A DNA stretch of 60,165 bases from Thermoplasmata archaeon (lineage in GTDB: Archaea; Thermoplasmatota; Thermoplasmata; Lutacidiplasmatales; UBA184): contig JAKAVY010000006.1 in NCBI GenBank assembly GCA_021827405.1, positions 1 through 60,165 on the forward strand, in the 5' to 3' direction. This document shows, piece by piece, positions 43,826-52,781 of the stretch. The translations under genes and the position numbers were made by a program. How positions within the stretch are numbered: position 1 is the stretch's first letter; every line of letters starts with the position of its first letter. Under the pieces are notes generated by a model. The model saw only the letters and a list, made by a program, of their open reading frames with translations, did no database searches and was not told the origin of the DNA.

Positions 43826-45208
43826 TCAGAGAACGGTGATCGTGCCGGTCATGTAACCGGGAACCCCCATAGGGGGGCCCTCGGGCGTGAGGGTCCCGCA
43901 GGGGGCCTCGCACGTCCAAGAGAACGTGCCGGTCTCGTTGAAGTACGTGGTGAAGGTGACCACGCTCATCCCGGGGCTCAGGACGTTCAGACCGAGCGCG
44001 GGCACGTCGAAGGTGTGGGCGATGTTCGAGTCGTTCAACGTGTGCAACGGTGTGCCGTTGAGTTGCTCCAGGTTCCCCACGGTACCCGTGACGGCGCACA
44101 GGCAACCCGGGAAGTACATGGGAGCGTCGTCGTCCACGATGGTGAGGCTGACCCGGCCCGACGGAACAGAGAAGTTCGCGGGGGTGTACTGGGGCCAGCC
44201 GTTCTGGAGGTTTATGGCGATGGTGAGCGTCAAGTTCGTGGAGAGGGAGGGGGCGCCGATCAGGGGGCCCGGGGCCTGCGCGCTGACGACGGAATAGGCC
44301 CCCACGCCCGCCACGGCCAACCCCAGGGCCAGCCCCAGCGCAAGAAAGCTGAGCTTGGTGTGGGCGGAGGGGTAGAGCACGCTGTAGACCGGATCGGCTC
44401 CGGGCCCTCCGGGGCCTGCTCCGGCCAGAAAGGTCGCCCCATCTCGGCCGGCCGGTCTCTCCGTCCTCAGGACCCCCCTGGGCGACGCGATCCAACGGGA
44501 GAGACGAGGGAAGCGTGCGTGTCCCGAGGCCCAGACCCAATGATCGAAAGCGAAGTACTGTCCCGCCCCTCCCAGGAACAGGATGAGGTAAATGAGGATG
44601 TAGAGCGGGTGGGGCCCTACGTCGGTCCCCGTACCATCCAAGGCGAAGGTGGAGTAGAATTGGGTGACGATGAAGAGGGAGGAGGCGATGCCTCCCACGA
44701 TACAGGCCAGACGGGTAGTGGTCCCACTGAGGAAAGCGACCGCCAGGTATCCCGTGAGGAGCGCGACACCCCAGGCAAAGACGGCGGGGTACGAGGCGGC
44801 GAGGTTGGCCAGGCCCGGACCCCCGAGCGAGCTGTTGGCGAACCCGCTCGCCGTCTGCCGGAACCCAGAGAAGAACTGATTGGAGGGGGCGAGGATAAAG
44901 ATCAGGTTCAGCGCCCAGACGATGCCGATCCCCACGCGCAGCAAGTCCACCGCCACGCCCTTGGGGTTGCTCCGCCAAGTCGCGCTGGACCGAAGGGAAC
45001 GGGCCGCCCTTGCTACCGGGTCTGGGCTGACCCGCGGCTCCGAGACCCTTCTCGTTGAGGAGGAAGAGGCGTCGGCTGGTCGGGCTCGAGCCGAGTCACC
45101 GGCGTGGGTCGATCCCCCCCGCCCAGGGGTCCCTCCCTCCCCCCCGTCTGTAGGGGGGCCTCCCTGGCGAGCGAGAGGCGGTGCTTCCGGGCCGCGTGTT
45201 GGCTCCAT
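43826..45208 (-). CDS. DoxX/DoxD-like membrane domain fused to C-terminal cupredoxin
   Basis: LLRVGIGIVW..GTTTRLA..GAGQYFAFD (DoxX-like), TM linker, then AHTF..LGLN..WTCEAPCG..PMG..GYMTG; GGAGG SD before ATG 45208. Confidence 0.75.
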   Translation of the reverse strand: MEPTRGPEAPPLARQGGPPTDGGEGGTPGRGGSTHAGDSARARPADASSSSTRRVSEPRVSPDPVARAARSLRSSATWRSNPKGVAVDLLRVGIGIVWALNLIFILAPSNQFFSGFRQTASGFANSSLGGPGLANLAASYPAVFAWGVALLTGYLAVAFLSGTTTRLACIVGGIASSLFIVTQFYSTFALDGTGTDVGPHPLYILIYLILFLGGAGQYFAFDHWVWASGHARFPRLSRWIASPRGVLRTERPAGRDGATFLAGAGPGGPGADPVYSVLYPSAHTKLSFLALGLALGLAVAGVGAYSVVSAQAPGPLIGAPSLSTNLTLTIAINLQNGWPQYTPANFSVPSGRVSLTIVDDDAPMYFPGCLCAVTGTVGNLEQLNGTPLHTLNDSNIAHTFDVPALGLNVLSPGMSVVTFTTYFNETGTFSWTCEAPCGTLTPEGPPMGVPGYMTGTITVL

Positions 45209-45882
45209 GGTCCTCCCCCCCCCAGGGGACGCGACCCTCTTACCAACTGGACCTAAACGGTTCGACCGGCCCTCTCCCCGAGGGTAGGTCATGTGTGGTC
45301 CTCCCATGAGATCGCTCGAGGAGAGACCTGGCGCCGCTAGGCAAGGGAGGAGACGCCCGGCCGCAGCCAGAAGCGTGCAAGACATTTCTTCGACGGAGGA
45401 AGGGGTGGGGTAGGAAAGCCCCTTTGGGGATCTCCCGGGCTTCCCCCGCTCAGATCCCTCGGTCGACGGTTGTCGGGAGGCGGAACGGCTCGGTATTCTC
45501 CGGGCTCAGGACCCGGATCCGGCGTTCGGGCGGGAGGGTTCCCGGGAATCTCCACCCCACTCGAGGGAACCCGGTCCTTCGCCGGATGCGGCGGACCTGG
45601 GCCGCGGCCAGAAACCCCCCGGACGACCAGGGCGGAGCCCGGGCACCCCTGGTCAGGAAGGAGGGTTGGCGGGGCCCCGGGCCTCGCCGGTTGGGGGATC
45701 GAGGGTAAGACGACCTCGGTGTCGGGGGCATCGCGCGACGCAGGTCCCTCCGGCTTGGGGAGCCGGCGCTAAGGGAGCCCCAAGCTCCTTCCCCCATCGA
45801 CCCCGGAGATTGCCGGGTAGCCGTAGAGGCCAAGGGCGCCCCGTCGCTCGGGTCTCTCGGAAGGCCTCGAGGGAGGCTTCCC

Positions 45883-47274
45883 TCAGGGCGCCTTCTTCAC
45901 GGCCTGGACCAGCTCGGCCACCACGTGCTGGGCGTCGCCGTAGAGCATCCGGCAGTTGTCCTTGTAGAACAGGTCGTTCTCGATCCCGGCGAAGCCCTTC
46001 CCCTGGCCCCGCTTGATGACGATGACGTTCTTCGCCTGGTCCACGTCCAGGATCGGCATCCCCTGCAGCGCGCTCCCCGTCCGCCGGGCCGCCGGGTTCA
46101 CCACGTCGTTGGCCCCGATGACCAGGGCCACGTCGGTGTGCGCGAACTCGGGGTTGATCTCGTCCCGGTCGAACAGCTTGTCGTAGGAGACGCCCGCCTC
46201 GGCCAGGAGCACGTTCATGTGCCCGGGCATCCGCCCGGCGACCGGGTGGATCGCGAACTTCACCGTGACCCCCCGGGCCTCGAGGGCGTCGGCCAGCTCC
46301 TTGACCTTCTGCTGCGCCTGGGCCACGGCCATCCCGTACCCGGGGGCGATCACCACCTGTCCGGAGTACTCCATCAGGACGGCGGCATCGGCCACGTCGA
46401 TGGGCTTGAGGGACCCCGCGACCGGGCCCCCGGTGTCCGCCCCGCTCCCGAAGGCCCCGAAGAGCACGTTCCCCAGGGAACGGTTCATGGCCCGGGCCAT
46501 GAGGAGGGTGAGGAGCGACCCGGCCGCCCCCACCAGGGTCCCGGCGATGACCATAGCGTAGCCCGCGTCCCCCAGGGGCCCGTTGACCAGGGCAAACCCG
46601 TCGAGCGCGACCGCGACCCCCGTGAGCGCGTTGAACAGGCTGATCACCACCGGCATGTCGGCTCCCCCGATCGGCAGCGTGAGGAGGATCCCGTAGAGCA
46701 AGAGGAGCCCGAAGAAGGGGAGGAGATAGAACGACTGCGTCACCAGCACGGCCACGCCGCCGAAGCCCACCCCCACGACGAGGACCGCGAAGTTCACCAC
46801 CTGGCGGGCGGGCAGGACGATGGGCTTGCCGGGCAGCCAGCCCTGAAGCTTGGAGAAGGCGATGAAGCTCCCCGCGATGGAGATGCTGCCGATGATGCCT
46901 CCCGCCAGGCTGAGCCCGGTGGTGGCGCCGGCCGAGAGGCTGGTGAGCAGTTCCACGGCCGCGATGGCCGCGGCGGCTCCCCCCCCCATCCCGTTGAAGA
47001 TGGCGACCATCTGGGGCATGTCGGTCATCTTGACCACCCGCGCCCAGTACCAGCCGGCCCCTCCGCCGATGAACACCCCGAGGGCGATGAGGGCGAAGTT
47101 CCCGAGGCCTCCCGTGGCGAAGGTGACCAGGACCGCCACCAGCATGGCCACCCCCGCGTAGAGGATCCCCCGGCGGGCGGTCTCCGGGGAGCTCATCGCC
47201 TTGAGCCCCAAGATGAAGGCGATCACCGCAACCACGTAGACCGCGTCGATGACGGTGCCGACCCAGGCGATCAT
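45883..47274 (-). CDS. pntB: NAD(P)+ transhydrogenase subunit beta
   Basis: MPQMVAIFNGMGGG, IGGADMPVVISL, PGYGMAVAQAQ, HPVAGRMPGHMNVLLAEA, GANDVVNPAA. Confidence 0.96.
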   Translation of the reverse strand: MIAWVGTVIDAVYVVAVIAFILGLKAMSSPETARRGILYAGVAMLVAVLVTFATGGLGNFALIALGVFIGGGAGWYWARVVKMTDMPQMVAIFNGMGGGAAAAIAAVELLTSLSAGATTGLSLAGGIIGSISIAGSFIAFSKLQGWLPGKPIVLPARQVVNFAVLVVGVGFGGVAVLVTQSFYLLPFFGLLLLYGILLTLPIGGADMPVVISLFNALTGVAVALDGFALVNGPLGDAGYAMVIAGTLVGAAGSLLTLLMARAMNRSLGNVLFGAFGSGADTGGPVAGSLKPIDVADAAVLMEYSGQVVIAPGYGMAVAQAQQKVKELADALEARGVTVKFAIHPVAGRMPGHMNVLLAEAGVSYDKLFDRDEINPEFAHTDVALVIGANDVVNPAARRTGSALQGMPILDVDQAKNVIVIKRGQGKGFAGIENDLFYKDNCRMLYGDAQHVVAELVQAVKKAP

Positions 47275-47573
47275 GGGTGGCTCCCCGGTCGCTTGGACCG
47301 GTCGAACATGGCCAGGATCCGTTCGGTGACCACGTACCCGCCGGTCACGTTCATGGCCCCCATGATGACCGCCAGGAGGCCAATGGCCTCCTCCAGCGGC
47401 GTGGTGGCGAAGCCCAACGCCACGATCCCCCCCACGAGGACGATCCCGTGGATGAAGTTCGAGCCGCTCATCAGGGGGGTGTGGAGCAGCACCGGGACCC
47501 GGGAGATGACCTCGTAGCCGGTGAAGGCGGCCAGGATGGCGATGAACAACGCGGTCCAGACGTCGGCGGCCAT
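47271..47573 (-). CDS. pntAB: NAD(P)+ transhydrogenase alpha subunit part 2 (membrane)
   Basis: VP.LLHTPLMSGSN.IHG, NVTGGY.VT.R.L.MF. Confidence 0.93.
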   Translation of the reverse strand: MAADVWTALFIAILAAFTGYEVISRVPVLLHTPLMSGSNFIHGIVLVGGIVALGFATTPLEEAIGLLAVIMGAMNVTGGYVVTERILAMFDRSKRPGSHP

Positions 47574-47574
47574 C

Positions 47575-48720
47575 CTAGCTCCCTCCGGCAGAGGCCAGGA
47601 GGTCCGCCGTCCCCTTGTGGACGACCGCCCCGTCCCGGGTCACCATGCTCGCGGCCAGGATCTCATCGGTGTACTCGGTGACCCGGGCCCCCTCCTTGGT
47701 GAGGAGGAGCTCCAGGAAGGCTTGCAGGTTCTTCGCGAACATGAAGCTCGCATGGAAGGGTAGTTGGCTCGGCAGGTTCAGCGGGCCGGCGAGGGTGACC
47801 CCGTTGACCACCACCGTCTCCCCCGGTCGGGTGAGCTCGCAGTTCCCGCCCGTCTCCGCCGCCAGGTCCACGATGACGGAGCCCGGTCGCATCCGTTGCA
47901 CCATCTCCGACCGGACGAGGACGGGCGCCTTCCGGCCCGGGACCGCGGCCGTGGTCACGACAATGTCCGCGTCGGCGACCGCCTTGGCCACCATCTCCGC
48001 CTCCTGCTTCTTCTCCTCGGGGGTGAGCTCCCGGGCGTACCCTCCGCTCCCTTCCGCGTTGATGGCGAGCTCGAGGAACTTCGCTCCCAGGCTCCGGACC
48101 TGCTCGCCGGCAGCCCGGCGCACGTCGTAGCCTTCCACCACCGCCCCCATCCGGTGGGCCGTGGCGATCGCCATGAGGCCGGCGACCCCGGCCCCCAGGA
48201 TGAGGACCTTGGCGGGGCGGATGGTGCCGGCCGCTGTGGTCAGCATGGGAAGGAACTTGGGGGTGAGCTCCGCCCCGATGAGCATCGCCCGGTAGCCGGC
48301 CACGGTGGCCTGCGAGCTCAGCACGTCCATCCCCTGGGCGCGGGTGATCCGGGGCAGCAGTTCCAGCGCGAAGGAGGTGAAATTCACGTCCCGGAGGCGG
48401 GAGACGATGGGCAGGTTCCGGCTGGCGTTCAACTGGCAGACCAGGACCGACCCCGGGGAGAGCCACCCGGTCTCCTCCCCGGTGGGAGGCTGGACCTTGA
48501 GCAGGATCTCCGCCGAGGAGAACAGCGCCTTTCGGTCGGTCTCGAGCCGGGCCCCGGCAGCGGAGTACGCCGCGTCCGGATACCCCGCGGAGAGACCCGC
48601 GCCGGCTTCCACGGCCAGCGCATGCCCGGCCTTGGTGAGGCGCTGGACCACCTCGGGGACGAGGGCTACCCGCCGCTCCAGGGGCGTCACTTCCCGGGGG
48701 ACCGCGAACCTCACCGACAT
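47575..48720 (-). CDS. pntAA: NAD(P)+ transhydrogenase alpha subunit part 1 (domain I)
   Basis: ERRVALVP, PRITRAQGMDVLSSQ, GAGVAGL, EGSGGYA, DLAAETGGNC. Confidence 0.95.
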   Translation of the reverse strand: MSVRFAVPREVTPLERRVALVPEVVQRLTKAGHALAVEAGAGLSAGYPDAAYSAAGARLETDRKALFSSAEILLKVQPPTGEETGWLSPGSVLVCQLNASRNLPIVSRLRDVNFTSFALELLPRITRAQGMDVLSSQATVAGYRAMLIGAELTPKFLPMLTTAAGTIRPAKVLILGAGVAGLMAIATAHRMGAVVEGYDVRRAAGEQVRSLGAKFLELAINAEGSGGYARELTPEEKKQEAEMVAKAVADADIVVTTAAVPGRKAPVLVRSEMVQRMRPGSVIVDLAAETGGNCELTRPGETVVVNGVTLAGPLNLPSQLPFHASFMFAKNLQAFLELLLTKEGARVTEYTDEILAASMVTRDGAVVHKGTADLLASAGGS

Positions 48721-48885
48721 GTCCGGCCGCTCGGGACGCGGGAGGGATTATAGGCTTACGGTCTGCTGGACTTGAGCCTGGCCTCCGGCCGGGTCCGGTC
48801 GGCAGAAACGGGGACCTGCGGGGCCGGGGCCCCTTCGATCGCCGTACGGCAGGGGAGCGGCCCTTCCCCCACCGCGACCGCAGGC

Positions 48886-49026
48886 CTACGGCAGGGGGTA
48901 AGGGACACCCGGGACGTGCGGGAGCGTGAAGGTGACCAGCACGATGGCGAGGGCGACGGCCATCAGCGCGAAGAGGAACACCCAAGGGGCCAGTTCGCTC
49001 GCCCGGCTGTGTCCCGCTCTCGTCAT
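48886..49026 (-). CDS. Small single-TM membrane protein (46 aa)
   Basis: MTRAGHSRASELAPWVFLFALMAVALAIVLVTFTLPH..; clean hydrophobic helix. Confidence 0.5.
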   Translation of the reverse strand: MTRAGHSRASELAPWVFLFALMAVALAIVLVTFTLPHVPGVPYPLP

Positions 49027-49096
49027 CTTCCCAGGAATGGAGGCTTGTCCTTCATGTGCTTTGCGCTTCCGCTCAAGGCACGGCCCGCGGGTCCCT

Positions 49097-50227
49097 CTAT
49101 CCGGTCCCAAGGAGCGGCGGCCGGGGCACGGGGCGGGGACCCGGGCCGGTGTACTGGACCTCCGGCCGCACCAGCCGGTTGTGCTGGGCCTGTTCGGTCA
49201 GGTGGGAGACCCACCCGGCGGTCCTGGCCAGGGCAAAGGTCGGAGGGAAGAGCGGGCGGGGGATGCCCGCCGCCTCCAGGACCAGGGCGGCGTAGAACTC
49301 CACGTTGAGGCCCCAGGGCCGCTCCGGGTGCTGCCGGGATAGGGCCGCGAGTCCCGCCCGCTCCACGGCCTCCGCCACCGCCATCCGCTCCGGCTTGGCC
49401 ACCGAGCGGGCCAGCTCCCGGAGCCGCCGGGCCCGGGGGTCCTCGCCCCGGTAGACCCGGTGTCCGAAACCCATGAGCCGTTCCCCCCGGGCAACGGTCG
49501 CCTCCACCTCGGGCGCGGCCCTCTCGGGCGTACCGATGCGGTCCAGGAAGTCCGCCACCAAGGACGGCGCCCCTCCATGGAGCGGGCCCTTGAGCGATCC
49601 CACGGCGGCGCTCACCGCGGAAGCGGCGTCCGACCAGGTGGAGAGGACGGACCGGGCGACGAACGTGCTCGCGTTCATCCCGTGGTCCGCCACCAGGACG
49701 AAGTAGGCCTCCAGGGCCGCCAGGCGGCGGGGATCCGGTACGGCACCGGTCAGCCGCCACAGGTAGGCGGCGGCCTGCCCCAGCCCCTCCGGCTCCGCCA
49801 AAGGGGACTGGTGGTTCCGGCGCCGCCACAGGTTGGGAAGGAAGACCGGCGGGAAGGCCAGGAGGGTCTCGAACATCTCCTCCCGGGGCGGGAAGCCGTC
49901 CCACCCCCGCCCCAAGAGGGAGAACCCGCTGCGTAGCGCCTCCATGGGGGTCGCCTCGGCCGGGATCGCCCCCACGATGGCCGCCAGGTCCCCCAAAGAC
50001 CGGCGACGCTCCGCCAGGGTCGCCCGGAGCCGGTGGGCCTCTTCCGGGCCGGGCAGTTCGCCGCGGAGGAGGAGGTAGGCCGTCTCCTCCCAACCCACCG
50101 ACTCGGAGAGCTCGGGGACGGGGTAGCCCCGATAGTACAGTTTCCCCTCCGCTCCTCGGACATCGGTGATGGAGCTCTCCCCCACCACCACCCCTTCGAG
50201 TCCGCCTCGGGGGCGGGGCTCGGGCAT
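49097..50227 (-). CDS. gltA: Citrate synthase (short type)
   Basis: GLEGV, LYYRGY, DHGMNAST, GPLHGGA, GFGHRVY..DPR, NVEFY. Confidence 0.92.
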   Translation of the reverse strand: MPEPRPRGGLEGVVVGESSITDVRGAEGKLYYRGYPVPELSESVGWEETAYLLLRGELPGPEEAHRLRATLAERRRSLGDLAAIVGAIPAEATPMEALRSGFSLLGRGWDGFPPREEMFETLLAFPPVFLPNLWRRRNHQSPLAEPEGLGQAAAYLWRLTGAVPDPRRLAALEAYFVLVADHGMNASTFVARSVLSTWSDAASAVSAAVGSLKGPLHGGAPSLVADFLDRIGTPERAAPEVEATVARGERLMGFGHRVYRGEDPRARRLRELARSVAKPERMAVAEAVERAGLAALSRQHPERPWGLNVEFYAALVLEAAGIPRPLFPPTFALARTAGWVSHLTEQAQHNRLVRPEVQYTGPGPRPVPRPPLLGTG

Positions 50228-50236
50228 GGCGCGGCC

Positions 50237-51184
50237 TCAGTGCCCGGGGAGCGCGGAGAGCAGCTTCAGGTCCTCGGAGACGGCCCGGGCGCTCAGGTCG
50301 AGGGCCGCGCGCTCCTCCGGTGTCAACGTGACCTCATGGATCTTCTCCACCCCGGCACGCCCGACCGTCACCGGGACGGAGAGGAAGAGGTCCCGGTACC
50401 CATACTCCCCTTCCAGGAGCACCGAGCAGGAGAGGAGCCGGTGCTCGTTCCGGGCGATGGCCGAGACCATCTCCGCCTGGGCGGCGGCCGGCGCATAGTA
50501 CGCGCTCCCGGTCTTCAGGAGGTCGACGATCTCCCCTCCCCCCTTCTTGGTCCGCTCCACGATGGACGCGAGCTTCTCCGGGGAAAGGAGCCGGGTGACG
50601 GGGATCCCGTTCACCGAACAGTGAGAGAGGACGGGGACCATGGTGTCCCCGTGGGTCCCCAGGGTGAAGCCCACCACGTCCCGGGGGGCCAGACCGAGGG
50701 CCTCGGCCACGAACCAGCGGAACCGGGCCGAGTCCAGTGTCCCGCTCTCCGCCAGCACCCGGGCCCGGGGGAACCCGGTGACCTTCCGGACCCAGTAGGC
50801 CATCACATCCACCGGGTTGGTCACCACCACGACGACCGCCTTGGGGGCATGGTCCCGGATCGCTTCGGCGTGCCCCTGGACGATCTGGGCGTTCTTCCCC
50901 AGCAGGTCCGAGCGGCTCATCCCGGGCTTGCGGGCGAGCCCGGCCGTGAGGACCACCACGTCGCTCCCGGCCACGTCCTTGAGATCCGTGGAGCCCCGGA
51001 CCCGGGTGGAGAACCCCACCACCGGGGCCGACTCCTGGATGTCGAGGGCCTTTCCCTGGGGGAGGCCTTCCACGATGTCGAGCAGCGCGAGCTCCTCGGC
51101 GACGTCCTCCTCGGCCAGGCGCTGAGCGAGCGTTCCACCGATGTTCCCGGCCCCGACCACGGAGACCTTCCCCAACCCTGCCAT
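50237..51184 (-). CDS. mdh: Malate dehydrogenase (LDH-like)
   Basis: GAGNIG, RKPGMSRSDLL, VTNPVD, LDSARF, HGD, GSAYYAP. Confidence 0.95.
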   Translation of the reverse strand: MAGLGKVSVVGAGNIGGTLAQRLAEEDVAEELALLDIVEGLPQGKALDIQESAPVVGFSTRVRGSTDLKDVAGSDVVVLTAGLARKPGMSRSDLLGKNAQIVQGHAEAIRDHAPKAVVVVVTNPVDVMAYWVRKVTGFPRARVLAESGTLDSARFRWFVAEALGLAPRDVVGFTLGTHGDTMVPVLSHCSVNGIPVTRLLSPEKLASIVERTKKGGGEIVDLLKTGSAYYAPAAAQAEMVSAIARNEHRLLSCSVLLEGEYGYRDLFLSVPVTVGRAGVEKIHEVTLTPEERAALDLSARAVSEDLKLLSALPGH

Positions 51185-51315
51185 CTGGACCCATTCCCCC
51201 GGAAGACCGGTGCGGCGGGGGAGGCCTCCGGCCCTTTAAGCTGCGCCCCCGGGACCGGCCCGTGACGCCCCTCCAGAGGTGAACTTATTACGTCCCAGGG
51301 AAGTTCCCCCTCCTC

Positions 51316-51567
51316 GTGGACGTGGACGCCATCGTCGCCGGCCTGGCCGAGCGGGACCGCTGGAAGGCCCGGCTGGCCGCGCTCGAGCGGGATTGGAAGG
51401 CGCTCAAGGGTCGGCGGGCCCGGCTGGAGGCCCAGTTGGCCCGCCTGCTCCAGGAGCTCCGGGGGCTGGAGGCCATCTCCGGGGAGCTCCTCACGGCCCG
51501 AGGGATGCCCGGGGGAGGAGGGACCGGGAGCCATGAAGGTACGAGTACCTTCCGGCCTATCCGATAA
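51316..51567 (+). CDS. Small coiled-coil protein
   Basis: Leu heptads; CTTATTA box upstream. Confidence 0.55.
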   Translation: MDVDAIVAGLAERDRWKARLAALERDWKALKGRRARLEAQLARLLQELRGLEAISGELLTARGMPGGGGTGSHEGTSTFRPIR

Positions 51568-51760
51568 GCTCCAGGAGCTCCGGGACGGGGTCCTGGGCCT
51601 CCGGGAGGAGGTCAAGCGCCTCCGTCGGCAGGAGCGCTACCTGTTGAACCAGATGGCCCGGGCCCGACGTCAGCTCGCCTACTACGAGACGCTCCTGCGC
51701 GACTTGAGGACGCGGAACACCTCGCCCGACCGGCTCATGGAACTCCTCCAGCGGGGGTAG
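51533..51760 (+). CDS. Small coiled-coil protein
   Basis: Leu heptads (LQELRDGVLGLREEVKRL..); GGGAG before ATG. Confidence 0.6.
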   Translation: MKVRVPSGLSDKLQELRDGVLGLREEVKRLRRQERYLLNQMARARRQLAYYETLLRDLRTRNTSPDRLMELLQRG

Positions 51761-51824
51761 GTCCCGACGGGCGAAACGGGAAATGCCCCGGTGCCTTCCC
51801 GGGGCGCTGTGAGGGGGACGTAGG

Positions 51825-52757
51825 ATGCGCCTGGTGGTCTTCGGGGCCGGAGGGGTCGGGAGCCTCTTCGGGGCCTTCCTGGCCCGGGCCGGGCATGACG
51901 TCCTGCTCGTGGGCCGCAAGGAGCATGTCCAGTCCATCGAACGGGATGGCCTCCGGGTCGAGGGCGTCACGAACATGGCCGTCCGCCCCCGGGTGGCCAC
52001 GGCGCTCCGGGCCGGGGAGCGGGCCACCATGGTCATCCTCACGGTGAAGACCTACGATACCGAGGAGGCCTGCCGGACCATCGCCCGGGCCATGTCCTCG
52101 CGCCCCATCCTCTCCCTGCAGAACGGGCTGGGGAACCTGGAGGCGATGGAACGGGGGCTCTCCGCCGGGGGATGGACCACCCCCCGGCTGAACATCGCCC
52201 TGGGGGTCCTCAGCTGGGGCGTCACCTACCTGGCCCCGGGGCACATCCTCCATGCCGGCACCGGCTCCCTGGTCCTGGGAGACCTTTCCGGGGGCCGGGC
52301 CGCCAAGCGCTTCGCCTCTCTCTTCGAGGGGGTGGGGATCCCGACCCAGTACACCGACGACGTGATCCGGGCCATTTGGCGAAAGGTGATCATCAACGCC
52401 GCGGCCAACCCGGTCACCGCCGACCACAAGGTGCTCAACGGCGAGCTCCTCACCGACCCGCTCCGCGGCCAGGCCATCTCGCTCATGCGGGAGGCGTTGG
52501 AGGTGGCGGCGGCGGAGGGATATCCCTTCCCCGAGCACGAGGTGGAGGACGAGCTCTTCCGGGTGCTCCGCCAGACCGCGCACAACCGCTCCTCGATGCT
52601 CCAGGACGTCCTTCGGGGCAAACCCATGGAACTGGAGGCGATCAGCGGGGCGCTGATCGAGCGCGGCCAGCGCCACGGGCTCCGGCTCCCGCACACGGAA
52701 AGGATCTACAAGCGGCTCCTAGCCAAGCAGCCGGCCCGGGCCCCAGCGAAAGGCTGA
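51825..52757 (+). CDS. panE: 2-dehydropantoate 2-reductase
   Basis: GAGGVG, TVKTYD, LQNGLG, WRKVIINAAAN, SSMLQD, ELEAISG. Confidence 0.93.
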   Translation: MRLVVFGAGGVGSLFGAFLARAGHDVLLVGRKEHVQSIERDGLRVEGVTNMAVRPRVATALRAGERATMVILTVKTYDTEEACRTIARAMSSRPILSLQNGLGNLEAMERGLSAGGWTTPRLNIALGVLSWGVTYLAPGHILHAGTGSLVLGDLSGGRAAKRFASLFEGVGIPTQYTDDVIRAIWRKVIINAAANPVTADHKVLNGELLTDPLRGQAISLMREALEVAAAEGYPFPEHEVEDELFRVLRQTAHNRSSMLQDVLRGKPMELEAISGALIERGQRHGLRLPHTERIYKRLLAKQPARAPAKG

Positions 52758-52781
52758 AGGCCCGTTCCCCCTCGGGCCGGC

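Noticed and set aside
45215-45223. C9 homopolymer before the DoxX-cupredoxin RBS (also C9 at 29812-20)
   Set aside because: Such runs are common at this GC content; the second simply encodes GAGGGG; no evidence of phase variation
49280-49310. Citrate synthase NVEFY instead of NVDFY
   Set aside because: The Asp-to-Glu variant is known in short-type citrate synthases; the other catalytic His motifs are intact
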